Positions 47,401 to 58,835 of a stretch of DNA of 64,000 nucleotides are shown here, in pieces. This DNA is from Macrostomum lignano (lineage: Eukaryota): assembly GCA_002269645.1 (NCBI GenBank), contig NIVC01000424.1, positions 186,001 through 250,000 of the forward strand, read 5' to 3'. Under the pieces are notes generated by a model that was not told the DNA's origin, did not search any database, and saw only the letters and a program-made list of their open reading frames with translations. Each line of letters begins with the position of its first letter. The first letter of the stretch is position 1. The translations under genes were made by a program, and so were the position numbers.

Positions 47401-50400
47401 CAAAATCCTGATCCCAATCCTGACTTCTGAGGATCTGATCTTCATAGTTTAACATTGAAAAAAACTGGAAAAGATGGGTCAAATTTGATAGTATGAGCGA
47501 GTTTAGTGGGAAAATAGGCCCCTACCATTTTTAATAAATGCAAATTTGACTTTTAGATGTACTTTTCTGAACATAGGCAATTTTATAGATTTAACTATAG
47601 GCCTAGTATATATCCTAATTAAGTATGCTAAAGTTAAAAAATCTTAGATATGCCCTTATTTTGTAAAGGGAAATGGTTGAAGTCATCATATGATAATTTT
47701 TAATATTACAATTTTGATTGTATCAAATCCATTTATGGGACAGTGTGTCTTGCTCACTTGGTATAGTGCTATCGCTATCCTATATGAGTAATCACAGCCA
47801 ACTACTTGCTTCAAGAATTGATTATAATGCAATTAGTGATAGCAAAATATATAAGTTGGCCCTGCTAAGTGCAAGCAGCCCTTTAAATTATTTTCATGTC
47901 TATCTAGCACCATATTGTGGCATTGACTTTTCTACATTAGTGTGCAAGCAACATCTTACAGACAAATAGAGTTCCTTATTTTTACTCTATCTTTTGCATA
48001 TAAACTGGCAAGTAATGGGACCCTTATTGAAGTCCCTTTTTTACTTAAATTTGCCTTTCTGCATGCATATTAGCAAGTCATAGACATGGCAACCCATATT
48101 GTAGGTTCTGTTTTTTTTTGAATGCCAGAGAATGTATTTGGCTAGCTAACAAAGTGCATATCAACAAACTAAATCAGTAGATTATATTAGTATTAGCAGA
48201 GTAAAACAATGAAGAGTAGAATAGTGCATATAGATAAAAAAGCAAAATCTCATTTTAAAAATTGGTAAATTAAAACATTGCTATACATTATTGATTATAA
48301 AATATTGTTTTTTTAATAATTATCAATTCTCCAAACTACAGTATTATTTAATCGATCTAATTTAGTGTTAAAAAAACACTACCATTAAAAAATTCATTAC
48401 ACAATGATATCAAAACTTTAATATATGCTAGCTATATTGTTAAAATATAATGTTTTGTAATGGTACACTAAAATGTCTTTTGAAAAGTCCTTCAACTTTG
48501 CAAATAAGTTTCCCAAGAAAAGTTTATAAAGAATGTTTATAAAAAATATTATGAATTATTCCTATTTTAAACAAAAAACACAAAAAATATCAATGCATAA
48601 CTAGAGTTTTCTGTGATTAAATGCTAGAAATTTTCAAACCTAAATGGTTTTCTGAAACTGAATCTACCTTGTCATCTAATTAATGATCTAATTAGTATCA
48701 CACATAAATTGACTGACAATATTCTATTTGTTGCAGGGTTAAAATATATCTATCTAAGTAAAAATAAGTAAGTTTGAATAGAACATATTCTTATATATCT
48801 AATCTAACTAATTCTAACTATTAATACTAATTGATGTTACATTTGTATAACTTGATAATTTAATAACTTTACTGTAAGTCTATGCATTTGCATTTTAAAT
48901 GATTAATGAATATACTTAAACAATCTATATACTTAATTACTTAAAATGGTTTTGCAACTTTCCAAAGTTGGTTTAATGTCTCAAAGGTCTTTAAGTTTAG
49001 TAACTTTACTTAATATAACTTTCTTTAAATACTAATGCAAAACAGACAATTTTAAAAATGAATGACCTTTTAATTTTTTAAATTTAGCTTCTTATTTCAA
49101 AAGTTTTATTTCTTTTATGCCTGAATTTATTTTGGTTTCTTGATTCTTTTTCATATTTAGAAACACATTTAGAAATATTCATAGAAAAAATTAAATTCTA
49201 AACATTCTTATTGATAATAAAGGTAGTGCATCCCTAGGGCACCAAAGAATAATTTTTATCTTATTCCTAAAGTACCATGTGAATAATTTTTGTTTTATCT
49301 ACATGGTATACTAATAAGATAATTGCTTTATCTTTTATAAAATGTTTTATTTACTTAAAATACGATTTAATTTTTATTTCTACAAAACCAGCTATGAATT
49401 CTTCTTATTAGTATCTATAAGAAGATAGGATAGACTTGGCTTGTTAATAACTTATAAATAACTATTTTGTCATTGTGCTATGCAAATAAGATATTAATTT
49501 TTCATTATAATATCTATAGCCAAAATTTCAGGGTGCAGCCGAAATTGTCATATTTAAAATCATCATATGATGATGACGACTTGAACAAATCTTGAAGACT
49601 TAAACATTTAAATATGACGACTTTGACCAAAGGCAAGGGTGTATTAATTTTGGATTTTTCTACCTTTGGGCAAAAATCCCTTGCATATGCACCCGTAATT
49701 TTTATATTAACTGTGTCAATTAATGCTGATTCACCCCTGATTGCTGCATCAGCAATCAGGGTCGGCGTTGCGTTCGCGCAAATTAATCCAGAGAAATTGC
49801 GCAGACGAATCACAACAAAATTTTCTTTCTCCTGCTTACTCCGACAGCCGGGTTCTCAAGTCTTATAAATCTAATAAAACTATAAAATAAAACTAACAAG
49901 TCTAAAGTGCGCAAAACTAATAAAAAAATTTGAACTAAACTGTCGAACGCAAAAAGAAAAAGACAAGAAAAAGGAAAAAGGGGTTGAAAATTAGGCGGCA
50001 TATCAAGGCAGTATAAATATTAAAAAAAGGAGGTTACAATCAACGGGTGGGGGTGCCGCTAGACACACTACTGGACCAAAAATCCCATGCGTGGAGACTA
50101 CCGATGGAACGGCTCACAAACATGCAAGCAACAAAATTAAAACAAAAGTTTTGACCAAGATTTGACCAAGACCTACTTTTCCAACCAAAGGAAGAACAGA
50201 ACAATTTCTGGAACCTCTAGTCAATGGAAATGTGACAAAAATTGAACAATGAGCGGACAAAAATTAAACATTTGTAGCAGTTTTCCTTTTAAATGAGTTA
50301 TTAAAGTAATGGTTATTAGTTCACAAATATCAATTAAGTGGCACCCGACTGCCACACATGACTACTGAGAATACACTATAAATTGTTTTAATTTGTTGGC

Positions 50401-51457
50401 AAACAAGAACACGCTGCCGCCATGAGCTAAGATCCTTGCGCAGCCAATGCAACATAATATGACGATTTAGTGAATGCAGCATTGTCCAATACTGAGATGA
50501 TGACGATTTAGATAATTTAGTTGTTTTTCTCGTAAGCCGCAGATGACGATCTCGAATATGACGACTTCGGCGGGAACCAAATTTCAAATCTGTTACATAG
50601 TATGCCAAAAAAGTGAACCCTTCACCATAAGTAAGGAAATGGTTTAATAGTCTATGCCAGAAAAACAAATTTACTTGTGATATATATGCCAAACATACTA
50701 GGAAAATGTTACAACAATGTAGGACACTTTTGAATTATTGTATCTTTTGTATACCAATAGCTATACCATATGCTAGCAGCTTTGTAATGCAATTTTCTGC
50801 TAGATATTTATGCCAACCATTTTTTCATGTCCATTGTATGCCAAAAATTTCTAGCATATATATAAGATTAAAAATGGCATAGGAGTCTATAAGAAAATAA
50901 AAAAGCTATCTTGTCAGTTTGACATAAAAATAAGCAAAATATTATTCCCATGGTACTGTAAGAATAAGACATAAGTTATTCCTATGGTAAAAAAGGGGAT
51001 AAGCTTTGCCTTCTAAAAAAGTAAGACATTTTTAATTCAAATTAAAAATTTAATAAATAGGCCTATTCAAATCCTATATACTAAAAATTCTAAGTCCTAA
51101 CTTTAGTAAAAATGGTATTGATGCAAATTTTAAATTTAAAAACAAAAAGAAAGCTGGAAGTATTAAATAAAAGAAATATTCCAAACAAAAAATTAAATAG
51201 TACAAAATGCAGTAGGCCTAGCCCTAGGTCTAAATGGTCACAATTAAATTAATAATAGCAAATTTTCTGATTGTTAGCTTTTGCACAATGCCAATGGCAC
51301 ATCGATATCACTTTAATTAATGTCTAAACGCCTATTTCAGCAACTGCAATAATGGTCATTTTTTGCCTTAAATAAAAATGCTTACCTCGTGAGTTTCTAT
51401 TTCTTTTTGATGTGCAAAATAGTCTAAGAACAATAGACAGACTTCTTCGCTTGTCAT
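32411..51457 (-). CDS. VIRMA: Virilizer / VIRMA (KIAA1429), m6A writer complex subunit, 13 exons, about 2065 aa
   Basis: Exons 51457-51386 (MTSEEVCLLFLDYFAH, cf. LLFLDTFKH), 47277-46132 (VIR_N: CDTVLFNPSVRLREARIVP...LVIRGTYSSLTLGVFG), 45862-45271, 44981-44755, 44326-43865, 42470-41622, 41031-40732, 39214-38756, 36665-36387, 35572-35270, 34677-34370, 33744-33172, 33038-32411 (NTSRPPSMHVDDF). All junctions are GT/AG with matching phase; total 6198 nt, divisible by 3. Confidence 0.94.
33935..34327. repeat. 12-bp minisatellite (CAGTGTCTRTCY) in a VIRMA intron
   Basis: Direct tandem repeat. Confidence 0.93.
34692..35260. repeat. 27-bp minisatellite (GGGATTTGAGTCMATTTTGACACATTT)
   Basis: About 20 copies in a VIRMA intron. 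Confidence 0.94.
35690..36358. repeat. 21-bp minisatellite (AATCCCACCTGTTAGACACTA)
   Basis: About 31 copies in a VIRMA intron. Confidence 0.96.
36795..38660. repeat. 23-bp minisatellite (GGGATTTGAGGATTTCTGAGCAT), about 80 copies, with 322-bp higher-order blocks
   Basis: Direct repeat; identical ORF-track peptides recur at 322-bp offsets (37420/37742, 37548/37870). Confidence 0.97.
39300..40615. repeat. GA-rich about 22-bp minisatellite (GAGAGGAAGAGTGAAGGAGGCT) mixed with GAGAGGGAGGGT
   Basis: Direct tandem repeat in a VIRMA intron. Confidence 0.97.
41144..41577. repeat. About 32-bp minisatellite rich in GGGATCCC palindromes
   Basis: GGGAAACCGGGATCCCACAGGATTT units. Confidence 0.92.
42503..43810. 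repeat. 33-35-bp minisatellite (CAGGACAAGCTTCAGAGAACAGGGTTCAGGAACCT)
   Basis: About 38 diverged copies, each with AAGCTT, in a VIRMA intron. Confidence 0.95.
44352..44672. repeat. 20-bp minisatellite (TGAGTAGCTGAAGGATTGGC)
   Basis: About 16 copies in a VIRMA intron. Confidence 0.97.
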
Positions 51458-54051
51458 TATAATTCAAATAAAAGCCTAGCCTATACTATATATCAGTTAA
51501 TATACTAATGTAGCAATATAGAATAGTCATATAATGATTGCACAGATTACGTTTATTAGTATAGTATAGTATTATGTCAACAGGCCCGATGTTGTTATCA
51601 GTCAGTCAACTTGATGATTTGATAATAATGGCCACAACAGTTATTTTAAAAACGAAAACTAAATATGTTTCCTGTAAAGACTGTTTTTAACATGACATAG
51701 TTTTTTTCCAGTCTATTCGCATAAACCTGAACTATAAAAAAATCTTTTAAGCAATTTTATAGCAAGCTTTTTTGACGAAGTATTTCAGTCGATTGTAATT
51801 TTTTGTTCCTTTAACGATAAAGAGGTTCCACAGGGAACGATAATTCAACTTGAGGATGGAGTAGGGCATTCATGACTCTATATATTGCAACCCAACCAAA
51901 TTAATTAGTTGGCATGTTTATAAGTTGAGATTGCGACCTAACATGCCTCTGAGCCTATCAACATAATCAGAATGCAATTTAAGATAGGCCTACTTATAAT
52001 ACATACGAGCTTTAAAATAAAAAGACAGTTTTAAATTTAAATAACCTTGCTTAGGCCACCATACAACAGGTATACATATCATACGACTTGGCACATGTAC
52101 GAGTTATGCTTATTTTATTTAATAACGAAAAAGTGCAGTGCACTAGCCTAGTCTTGGTTTAGCTCAAAACAGACTTATAAAATAATATTGCTAGATAAAT
52201 AAATAATAATATTAATAATGGGTGGCTAGATGATACTATTGCCAAAATCCAAATTAAAAAAATGTCTCATATTTTAGAAATATGAAATGGATTGGAATTT
52301 TTTCTAAATCTTTCCAAATGTGCTTCTGAATAATTTCATGAAACAATTAACAAAAAAACTTAATTTCCAAGTCTATCCAGTATCCTCTTGAATTAGATTC
52401 ACTAGATAATAGATAGGCCTAGATAAAATAGATCCATTTTAGTCAATTCATATTATTTATGAAACTAATTAGATCATTAAGGCCTTAATAAATGACAAAG
52501 CATTTTTAACTCAAAAAATAGTATAGTTACTTTTAATATTAATATTTTTATTTTACATTGTTATTGGAAAATTACTAAATATTTAGATTTGAATTTTAAA
52601 ATGTTTTTGTACATTTAGATTTGGTTTTAAAAACTTACAAAAATCTATATTTGATCTATTACTAATAAAATCACAATGTTATTTTATTATTAATAAGCTC
52701 TAGCTATAGGCATTAGATTAGATTAAAGATTAGCAAACTATAGCTTATAGACTATATATAGCCTAAAAAAGCCTTTCTATTAGACTTTTAATAAGCCTAG
52801 ATTCTTTGTTCAAGCCAAGCTTAAGTTTATTGTTGGGTAAGCTAATAATAATAATAATAAAATTCAAATAATGAATTCAAACTTGAGTAGTAGTGTTTAT
52901 TATTGGCTATTATTACTTATTAGACTATATATTTATAAATAAATTATTTTATAAAAAGTATAAAAATCTTATCATCTTTTTCTTGGAATAGGCCTACAAT
53001 AATGTATATATATATTACATTACAAGTTACCATCAGATAGGCTACTGAATCTTATTAACTACTCAAAAGTCAAGTATCAAGAAATATGATAGAAATTTCT
53101 TGAGCTTTAGTATGTAAAAATAATAGGATTGAATACCTTTGAGTTGAGTAATCTTATGGACTCTACTCTATTTAGCCTCTAGCCTAGGTCTTGAAACTGT
53201 AATAGTAATCTACTAGTTAGCCTGTTAAAGCATTCCTTTTTTCTTCCTTATTAATATTATCTTTCTTTCTATTATCTCTAGGTTTTTTGTGTGAAATTTG
53301 TGCCCTTGCCATATTTTTCCCAAAACTTTGAAGGCTAAGTGTCATTTTGGCATATATTTATTTTCAATTTGGCACATTCTCTTTTGAGTTTTGAGTTAAA
53401 AAAACTAAAGACCTCAGTAGAATTGCTGCAACAAAAGAAAATTTCTAGCTCTAAAAATTTATTTGTGTCAGATAAATTGTTTTTTAATGTATCATAGACA
53501 TAGTCACAGGCACATTAAGTTTCAAAATAGCATACATTTTTGGGTAAGTTACCATATAGTACATATTTTCAAATGAAAAAACCTGCTTATCTCTTTTTGC
53601 TATTCTTTTTTTTGCTCTCTTATCTTTCATAAAACATGAGTCATTAACCATTAGCTAGATTCTTAATCTGGCCCTTGCAGTAAAAAAAGTTTGCTTACCA
53701 TTGCACTAGATCAAGACTAGTTATATGTATGTAAATTATGATTGCTCTTATTACAATAAAAGTTTTTTTTATTTCTTATTTTACTAAATATAGCTTGTAT
53801 AAGCAATCAATGCTCATCAAAATGTATTTTTTAGCCACTGAATATGTTGTCCCTATTATCCATTGATTATGCTAACTAAATTAATTTCTAGATATGGGGT
53901 CTTCTAAGATAGCAAACTAGAAAGATTATAATACAATGTACATCATAATATTTATAAATAATGCTATTCAGTACCAAGTTATTATGTCCTATGTACTAAT
54001 ATCTTATTTACAACAATATTGATTCTAAAAATTGCCAACTTCTGCAGCAAA

Positions 54052-54952
54052 ATGGTATTTATGAAAGGTGGCAGCCAGGCGGTGACATTCACCAAGGCCT
54101 ATCTGCAATCTGGCAGCTTAATACTGCGCGATAGTGTGAAAATTCTGGCATTTAACTACCTGCCCAATCAGCCAGTGTCGCAGGGTGTCAACGATTTCCT
54201 GCGGATGACGCTGCCTCAGTTGCAGTTCAAGAATCCATCAGTGCAGATGCTCACCATGCAGAACCTGGCGCCCACGCCCTTCATCCAATGCTATATGGAG
54301 GCTGAGGGCAGGCGTGAGCTTCTCATCGACTGCTCGCATCGGAAACGGCAGGAGATTCAGGTTGGTGCCAAATCCCCTAATCCTACCATAGTGTCAGTTG
54401 CTGGGCTAGCCTCCCATAGTGTCAGTTGCTAGACCAGCCTCCCACTGTCTCCCAGATCCTCAGTTGCTGGGCTAGCCTCCCATAGTGTCAGTTGCTAGAC
54501 CAGCCTCCCACTGGCTCCCAGATCCTCAGTTGCTGGGCTGCCAGCCTCCCAGATCCCCAGTTGCTCCCGCCTCCCAGATCCTCAGTTGCTGGGCCAGCCT
54601 CCCAGATCCTCAGTCGAAATGACTCTGCAAGTGCCCAGCCTCTCATTTCCCGCCATCAGGAGCATGTGCGCAATATTCTATGCAAAACACCGAAGAAGTC
54701 GCGGAAGAGAACCTCCGGCGTCAGGTGGTTCGCAACCCGGCCAATTTCGGCTACAACTGCAAGCGCCACTGCATTTGCGAGGTGTTCGGCCAGGTGCCCT
54801 GTTCCAGCTTCCGCGACGAGCACCGCAGATTTGTTGAAGCTCGGGCCGCCGAGGCAGCGGCAGCCGCCGAAGCGGTCGCTAGAGATGGCGCCGCTGCCGA
54901 CTCCTCCCAGCCTCCGTCTGATGAGCCAGTGGAAAATTTGCTCACTAACTAA
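54052..54952 (+). CDS. MRPS25: Mitochondrial ribosomal protein S25 (2 exons: 54052-54360, 54660-54952), with a 1-nt frameshift near 54690
   Basis: MVFMKG...LILRDSVKILAFNY...PQLQFKNPSVQ...PTPFIQCY and NPANFG...CKRHCICEVFGQVPC match MRPS25; EHVRNILCKT and EEVAEENL...NPANFG lie in different frames. Confidence 0.92.
54395..54615. repeat. CAGTTGCTGGGCTAGCCTCCC / CCCAGATCCT repeat in the MRPS25 intron
   Basis: Several diverged direct copies. Confidence 0.85.
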
Positions 54953-55212
54953 TTAATAACAAATGTTTGCAGGTGTTAAACTACTAGACTAAGCATTAAT
55001 ATTATGTTTTAGTGTTATTGTTATGTCATAAGTTCTGCTTAGACAGTAAATTTGTATTTTCTTTTTATGGCAATTAAAATCTATTTTGCCGACTATAAGA
55101 TTATGCCTATTATTTTTTGGTTACTGGTTTCTTATTTTTATTCATTGACATGTAAATTATAGTGCTACAGTTGACTGATACTTGAAAGTTGAAATTAGTT
55201 TAGTGGGGCCTC

Positions 55213-55435
55213 GAGGCAGGTGAGATAAGGATGGCTAATTAGTTAATGACTCCAGGCAGGTGAGATAAGAATGGCTAATTAATTAATGACTCCAAGCAGG
55301 TGAGATAAGGAGGACTAGTTATTGACTCCAGGCAGGTGAGATACGGATAGCTAATTATTCTTGACTTCAGGCAGGTGAGATACATGTGGCTAATTATTAA
55401 TGACTCCAGGCAGGTGAGATAAGAATGGCTAGCTA
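55213..55435. repeat. About 40-bp repeat x6, each containing CAGGTGAGATA
   Basis: CAG|GTGAG at 55217, 55257, 55297, 55333, 55372 and 55411. Confidence 0.9.
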
Positions 55436-55455
55436 AGAATGAATACTTCTTTTGC

Positions 55456-58433
55456 ATGTCTGAAGCGTCCGCAGCCCACGATCAGGTGGCCGCGGCGGAG
55501 GCAGCTGCCACGGCTGCCGCAGTCGCCGCTGAAACTGCAGCCGCAGCGGCCGCCGAGGAGCGGCCTCTGGCCGAGTTTGAGCACTCTGTTAGCCGCCTAT
55601 TAGAACTATTAACCAGCGTTGAGTCGTTAATTGAGCAGGGCGCCGAGCTGCCGGAGTGCCGGAACACGGCCGAGAGCATGTGCGGCCAGGCGGCCGAGTC
55701 TGCCAAGCAGTTGGACGCCTGGTTCAGACAGCGGCGGTTCGTGTTCTTGCAGAATGCTCGCAGGTAATTGCCGGGGGGAGGCGTAATATTGGGGGATGGA
55801 GCCAAGAGTAGTCTCTCCAGTCTAATATTTCTGTGCATACTTTAACATAGGTGAAACATAGGCGATTCACGGCCATGCTGGCCAAGAGCCAGAGAATGTA
55901 AATGCCTGACGATTGCAGAGTCAAGGGCTGCTGTACACCCTGAAGTCAGACATGTTCATCAGTGCAGCCACCGTATGCTAGATTAATAAGGTCTTACTAT
56001 TAGTAGAATGTTAAGTATATTAGACTAGCCATCTTCGCCCCTCGTTTGGGAGGCAACAAAGAAAGTAATTTTTTTTGTTAAATAAGCCACATGTAGCTTT
56101 TAACCTTGTGCAATCACTATCGTTAGTTTATTAAGGAAAATGACTTTTAAAGCCAAAAGCTATCAGCACCCATTTGAATTTCGACATCAAAGCCTCTTTT
56201 TAGGCCATGGCTTAACCCCTAACTCTTAGGGGTTAGGGGTTAAGTACACTCCCATTTATGCTTGGCCTACCAGCAGCTCCCTATAGAGCCACAGCATCTC
56301 AGCAACACCCCCAATGAGCCACAGCATCTCAGCAACACCCCCATGAGCCACAGCATCTCAGCAACCCTCCTATGATCCACAGCATCTCAGCAACACCCCC
56401 ATGAGCCACAGCATCTCAGCAACCCTCCTATGATCCACAGCATCTCAGCAACCCCCCTTCCCCTATGAGCCACAGCATCTCAGCAACACCCGATGAGCCA
56501 CAGCATCTCAGCAACCCTCCTATGATCCACAGCATCTCAGCAACACCCGATGAGCCACAGCATCTCAGCAACCCTCCTATGATCCACAGCATCTCAGCAA
56601 CACCCCCATGAGCCACAGCATCTCAGCAACCCTCCTATGATCCACAGCATCTCAGCAACCCCCCCTTCCCCTATGAGCCACAGCATCTCAGCAACACCCG
56701 ATGAGCCACAGCATCTCAGCAACACCTCATGAACCACAGCATCTCAGCAACACCCCATGAGCCACAGAATCCCAGGAACCCCCATAAGCCACAGCATCTC
56801 AGCAACAACCCATGAGCCACAGAATCCCAGGAACCCCCATAAGCCACAGCATCTCAGGAACACCCCCCTCATGAGCCACAGCATCTCAGCAACACCCCAT
56901 GAGCCACAGAATCCCAGGAACCCCCATAAGCCACAGCATCTCAGCAACACCCCATGAGCCACAGCATCTCAGCAACACCCCATGAGCCACAGCATCTCAG
57001 CAGCACCCCATGAGCCACAGCATCTCAGCAACACCCCATGAGCCACAGCATCTCAGCAACACCCCATGAGCCACAGCATCTCAGTAACACCCCATGAGCC
57101 ACAGAATCCCAGGAACCCCCATAAGCCACAGCATCTCAGCAACACTCCATGAGCCACATCATCTCAGCAGCACCCCATGATCCACAGCATCTCAGCAACA
57201 CCCCATGAGCCACAGAATCCCAGGAACCCCCATAAGCCACAACATCTCAGCAACACCCCATGAGCCACAGAATCCCAGGAACCCCCATAAGCCACAGCAT
57301 CTCAGCAACACCCCATGAGCCACAGCATCTCAGCAGCACCCCATGATCCACAGCATCTCAGCAACACCCCATGAGCCACAGAATCCCAGGAACCCCCATA
57401 AGCCACAACATCTCAGCAACACCCCATGAGCCACAGAATCCCAGGAACCCCCATAAGCCACAACATCTCAGCAACACCCCATGAGCCACAGAATCCCAGG
57501 AACCCCCATAAGCCACAGCATCTCAGCAACACCCCATGAGCCACAGCATCTCAGCAGCACCCCATGATCCACAGCATCTCAGCAACACCCCATGAGCCAC
57601 AGAATCCCAGGAACCCCCATAAGCCACAACATCTCAGCAACACCCCATGAGCCACAGAATCCCAGGAACCCCCATAAGCCACAACATCTCAGCAACACCC
57701 CATGAGCCACAGAATCCCAGGAACCCCCATAAGCCACAGCATCTCAGCAACACCCCATGAGCCACAGAATCCCAGGAACCCCCATAAGCCACAGCATCTC
57801 AGCAACACCCCATGAGCCACAGAATCCCAGGAACCCCCATGAGCCACAGCATCTCAGGAACACCCCCCCTCATGAGCCACAGCATCTCAGCAACACCCCA
57901 TGAGCCACAGCATCTCAGCAACACCCCATGAGCCACAGCATCTCAGCAACACCCCATGAGCCACAGCATCTCAGCAACACCCCATGAGCCACAGCATCTC
58001 AGCAACAACCCATGAGCCACAGCATCTCAGCAACCCCCCATGAGCCACAGCATCTTAGGAACCCCCATGAGCCACAGCATCTCAGCAACACCCCATGAGC
58101 CACAGCATCTCAGCAACACCCCATGAGCCACAGCATCTCAGCAACAACCCATGAGCCACAGCATATTTCTTTTGTCAAAAAGTCCATAAGCAAAAGTGCA
58201 TGCCAACCCCTCCCCCATTTTGACTTGATGTCGCTTGCAGTAGCGGAGTATCCAGTGGCCTCACGGACGAACGCTTGGCCAGCCTTCGAGAGGAGGCCGC
58301 TCGCAAAAAGGAGCTGATTCGGTCAACTGAGCGACAGCTGCGCGAGGCTCGGGGCCAGCTGACCTCGCTGGTTGATCGACGTCGCCAGCGTCGGGATGGC
58401 GAGACGCCGAGCCTGTCCTACGCTTTGCACTGA
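55456..58433 (+). CDS. MED28: Mediator subunit 28-like (exons 55456-55763, 58241-58433; 166 aa)
   Basis: LAEFEHSV...AKQLDAWFRQRRFVF...LASLREEAARKKELIRSTERQLREARGQL parallels MED28 (LDIARQTECFFLQKR...VSELRNELQRKDALV) as recalled; phase-2 GT/AG intron; AATAAA sites downstream. Confidence 0.75.
56285..58165. repeat. 28-bp minisatellite (AGCCACAGCATCTCAGCAACACCCCATG) with an AGAATCCCAGGAACCCC variant, about 65 copies
   Basis: Fills most of the MED28 intron. Confidence 0.97.
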
Positions 58434-58835
58434 CTTGCCATTGTGTACTAGTGAATTTTCATCAATGTAATAGTTTGGACCTTTGCTTGTCTTCTTTTAT
58501 GTAATTTATGAACCGGATGACCATTAAAATTAGCATGATTATTAGGTAGCAGCGAAAGTTTTAAAATATTTATGCTACTCATTCAAGTAGTATAAATAAA
58601 CAAAACTACTTTGCTGAATTTTTTGTTGCATTTTTAATGCTTTCATTTTTTAACTCTTGTATTCGACATAAATAAAAGTTACATGTGCGCGTGTATTTGT
58701 CCTTTCTAACTTATTATAATCGAGCGTATATTATATTTACGAATATTAAGCTCATTTTTTGAGTAGTTTAACTATAGACTAAAAAAACTACATTAACACA
58801 AGCTGCTAAATATTAGGTGATGTAGGAAAGTTGAT

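Noticed and set aside
49567-49640. ATGATGA C-box-like motif (snoRNA?)
   Set aside because: No properly placed CTGA D-box or terminal stem.
50560-50610. FGILCNRF peptide recalling a Harbinger transposase motif
   Set aside because: The frame is closed by stops on both sides and no other DDE motifs are present.
55449-55458. TTGCATG at the MED28 start resembles the 3' end of flatworm spliced leaders
   Set aside because: Only 7 nt; no further leader similarity, and the gene has an intron, so it is not a retrocopy.
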